DNA of 64,000 nucleotides from Candidatus Undinarchaeota archaeon (GTDB taxonomy: Archaea > Undinarchaeota > Undinarchaeia > Undinarchaeales > UBA543): contig CAZMMZ010000002.1 of assembly GCA_964567575.1 (NCBI GenBank), positions 26,004 to 90,003 of the forward strand, read 5' to 3'. The number at the start of each line of letters is the position of its first letter. The stretch's first letter is position 1. Below the pieces are notes generated by a model that worked only from the letters and a program-made list of their open reading frames with translations, was not told the DNA's origin and made no database searches. Positions 62,490-64,000 of this stretch are shown one piece after another. Both the position numbers and the translations under genes were made by a program.

Positions 62490-63664
62490 ACTTTCATAAA
62501 CTCCTCAATTTTATCAAATGCTTTTGTTAAAGTTTCCATTGGTGGCAAATAAACAATTCTAAAGTGCCCTTTTCCATATTCTTGTCCAAATCCTGAACCG
62601 AACACAGTAAGCACATTCTTCTGTTTCAATAATTCAAGCACCCATTCCTTATCATCTTTGTATTTGTTATTCTCAATTTTTGGGAAAATGTAAAATGCTC
62701 CTTCTGGCTTTGCAGCTGATAAGCCATCAATTTCATTCAATCGCTTGTAAGCAAAATCTCTTCGCTCTCGCAGTTTCTCAACAGTTGGTTTAATGTGGCT
62801 GTGATCGCTCATTAATGCTTTTGCATAAGCAAACTGCGCAGGGCCATTTGCGCAAAGACGAATCCGCGCTTGTTTCATACAAGCTTCGAAAATCTCATCG
62901 CAACCGCCTCTGAAAGCCATTGAACCAATTCTCCAGCCAGGAGACAAATAAACTTTTGACATTCCATTCAAAAGAATCAATGGAACATCTTTTGCAACAG
63001 CGCTCATGTGCGCTGGTTCTTTGAAAGTCATTAAATCATAAATCTCATCAGAAATTATTGGAATACCAGTAGGTGCAAGCACATCAACCATTTTCTTCAA
63101 AGTCTTCTCATTAGCAAGTGCGCCAGTTGGATTATTTGGATTAATACTTACAAAAGCTCTGGTTTTGTCACTAATCTTGCTTGCAATATCATCAACATCT
63201 GGCTGCCAACCATTTGATTCATCGCATTTGTATTCAACTGGTTTTGCACCAAGCATTTTCACATAAGAAGTATAAGGGGGATAACTTGGTCCTGGAATCA
63301 GAACCTCATCTCCTTTTCCAACAAGTGCGCAGAACAGGAACATCAAAGCTTCAGAAACTCCATTTGTTACAATAATTTTGTTAGGATCAAGATCAACTCT
63401 TTTAAATCGTTTTTCGCGATCTGCAATTGCAGTTCGCAGCATCTCGCTTCCTGCAGATGCAGTGTAACCATTATTTGTATGATCTTTAACTGCCTCAACA
63501 AGCGCATCCTTGATAAATTGCGGAGTATCAAAATCAAATTGATCAGGATCACCAATATTCAGCTTCAGGATTTTCTTTCCTTGTTTCTCAAGTTCTTCAG
63601 CTGGAGCTATAATATCGCGAATAGCATATTTGATGTGATCACATCTTGGGTTTGCGCAAATCAT
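62486..63664 (-). CDS. Class I/II PLP aminotransferase, alanine aminotransferase-like
   Basis: YAIRDI, LNIGDP, NPNNPTG, SDEIYD, GMSKVYLSPGWRIG, GAFYIF, GHFRIVYLP. Confidence 0.88.
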   Translation of the reverse strand: MICANPRCDHIKYAIRDIIAPAEELEKQGKKILKLNIGDPDQFDFDTPQFIKDALVEAVKDHTNNGYTASAGSEMLRTAIADREKRFKRVDLDPNKIIVTNGVSEALMFLFCALVGKGDEVLIPGPSYPPYTSYVKMLGAKPVEYKCDESNGWQPDVDDIASKISDKTRAFVSINPNNPTGALANEKTLKKMVDVLAPTGIPIISDEIYDLMTFKEPAHMSAVAKDVPLILLNGMSKVYLSPGWRIGSMAFRGGCDEIFEACMKQARIRLCANGPAQFAYAKALMSDHSHIKPTVEKLRERRDFAYKRLNEIDGLSAAKPEGAFYIFPKIENNKYKDDKEWVLELLKQKNVLTVFGSGFGQEYGKGHFRIVYLPPMETLTKAFDKIEEFMKV

Positions 63665-63692
63665 AAGTTTGACTTAGAACTAAGGTTTTAAA

Positions 63693-64000
63693 TATGCTGC
63701 GAAACTATCTGCTCTTGATGAAAATAGGGGAACTTCTCAAAAATCACCCCAATCTCAAGATAAATCCTTCTAGAAAATCTCTTATCCACGATTCTGTAAA
63801 CAGCAACGAAGCAAAAATTTCCAAATGCGGGGCACTTGCAACTTTCACTCCGCCTGAATCCACTGGCCGAAGCCCGAAGGACACATACATTGTGAAAAAC
63901 CCGGAATCTGAGAAAACAATTGACTGGAATTCTCCATATTGCATCCCAATGCAGCCAAAAGTTTTTGAACAGATTTTACAAGATGCTCTACTTACTCTTT
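63693..64000 (+). pseudogene. pckA: PEP carboxykinase (ATP) 5' part, no in-frame start codon
   Basis: Manual translation ...LLKNHPNLKINPSRKSLI...CGALATFTPPESTGRSPKDTYIVK...IDW. Frame opens after TAA at 63681; ATGs at 63694 and 63718 are in the +1 frame, which stops at 63760-63762. Confidence 0.75.

Noticed and set aside
63744-63944. Track ORF 63744-63944 (-)
   Set aside because: Antisense shadow of the pckA frame.
1-64000. Transposases, integrases, prophage genes, rRNA
   Set aside because: No recognisable motifs found on either strand.

Overview
Gene-dense, AT-rich archaeal chromosome segment. Archaeal markers: TBP, GatDE, SRP54/FtsY, S19e/L39e/L31e/LX/L40e, Rpp21, an A-type ATP synthase and TTTAAATA-type promoters. 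A DPANN-like lineage is inferred from the T4SS-type pilin, the HTH/S-layer-like fusion and many charged protein tails. In order, the window holds: (1) TBP with a lysine-rich N-tail; (2) a SAM by-product cluster (ahcY, lsrF-like thiolase, Zn-dehydrogenase, apt, mtnP, rpe); (3) srp54, tRNA-Val and the conserved rpp21-rps19e-rpl39e-rpl31e-LX-pfdA-ftsY region with insertions and losses; (4) a T4SS/conjugation-like membrane module without its ATPase; (5) GGPP synthase, glmS, tatD, gatE/gatD; (6) a complete atpHIKECFABD operon whose c subunit has six hairpins; (7) a WbpA/B/E/D/I-like sugar pathway split by an ArsR-IscS-IscU-permease island; (8) a copper island; (9) pyrG, rpl40e and tRNA-Ser followed by a duplicated 3' end; (10) POR, an alanine aminotransferase-like gene, a UGA-interrupted AdoMetDC-like gene and a pckA with no in-frame start. 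Top leads: a chemically coherent oxidative 5'-deoxyadenosine salvage route ending in the LsrF thiolase, and the hexameric c subunit. Several accessory genes carry point lesions while core genes are intact. All family calls come from motif recognition; no database searches were run.
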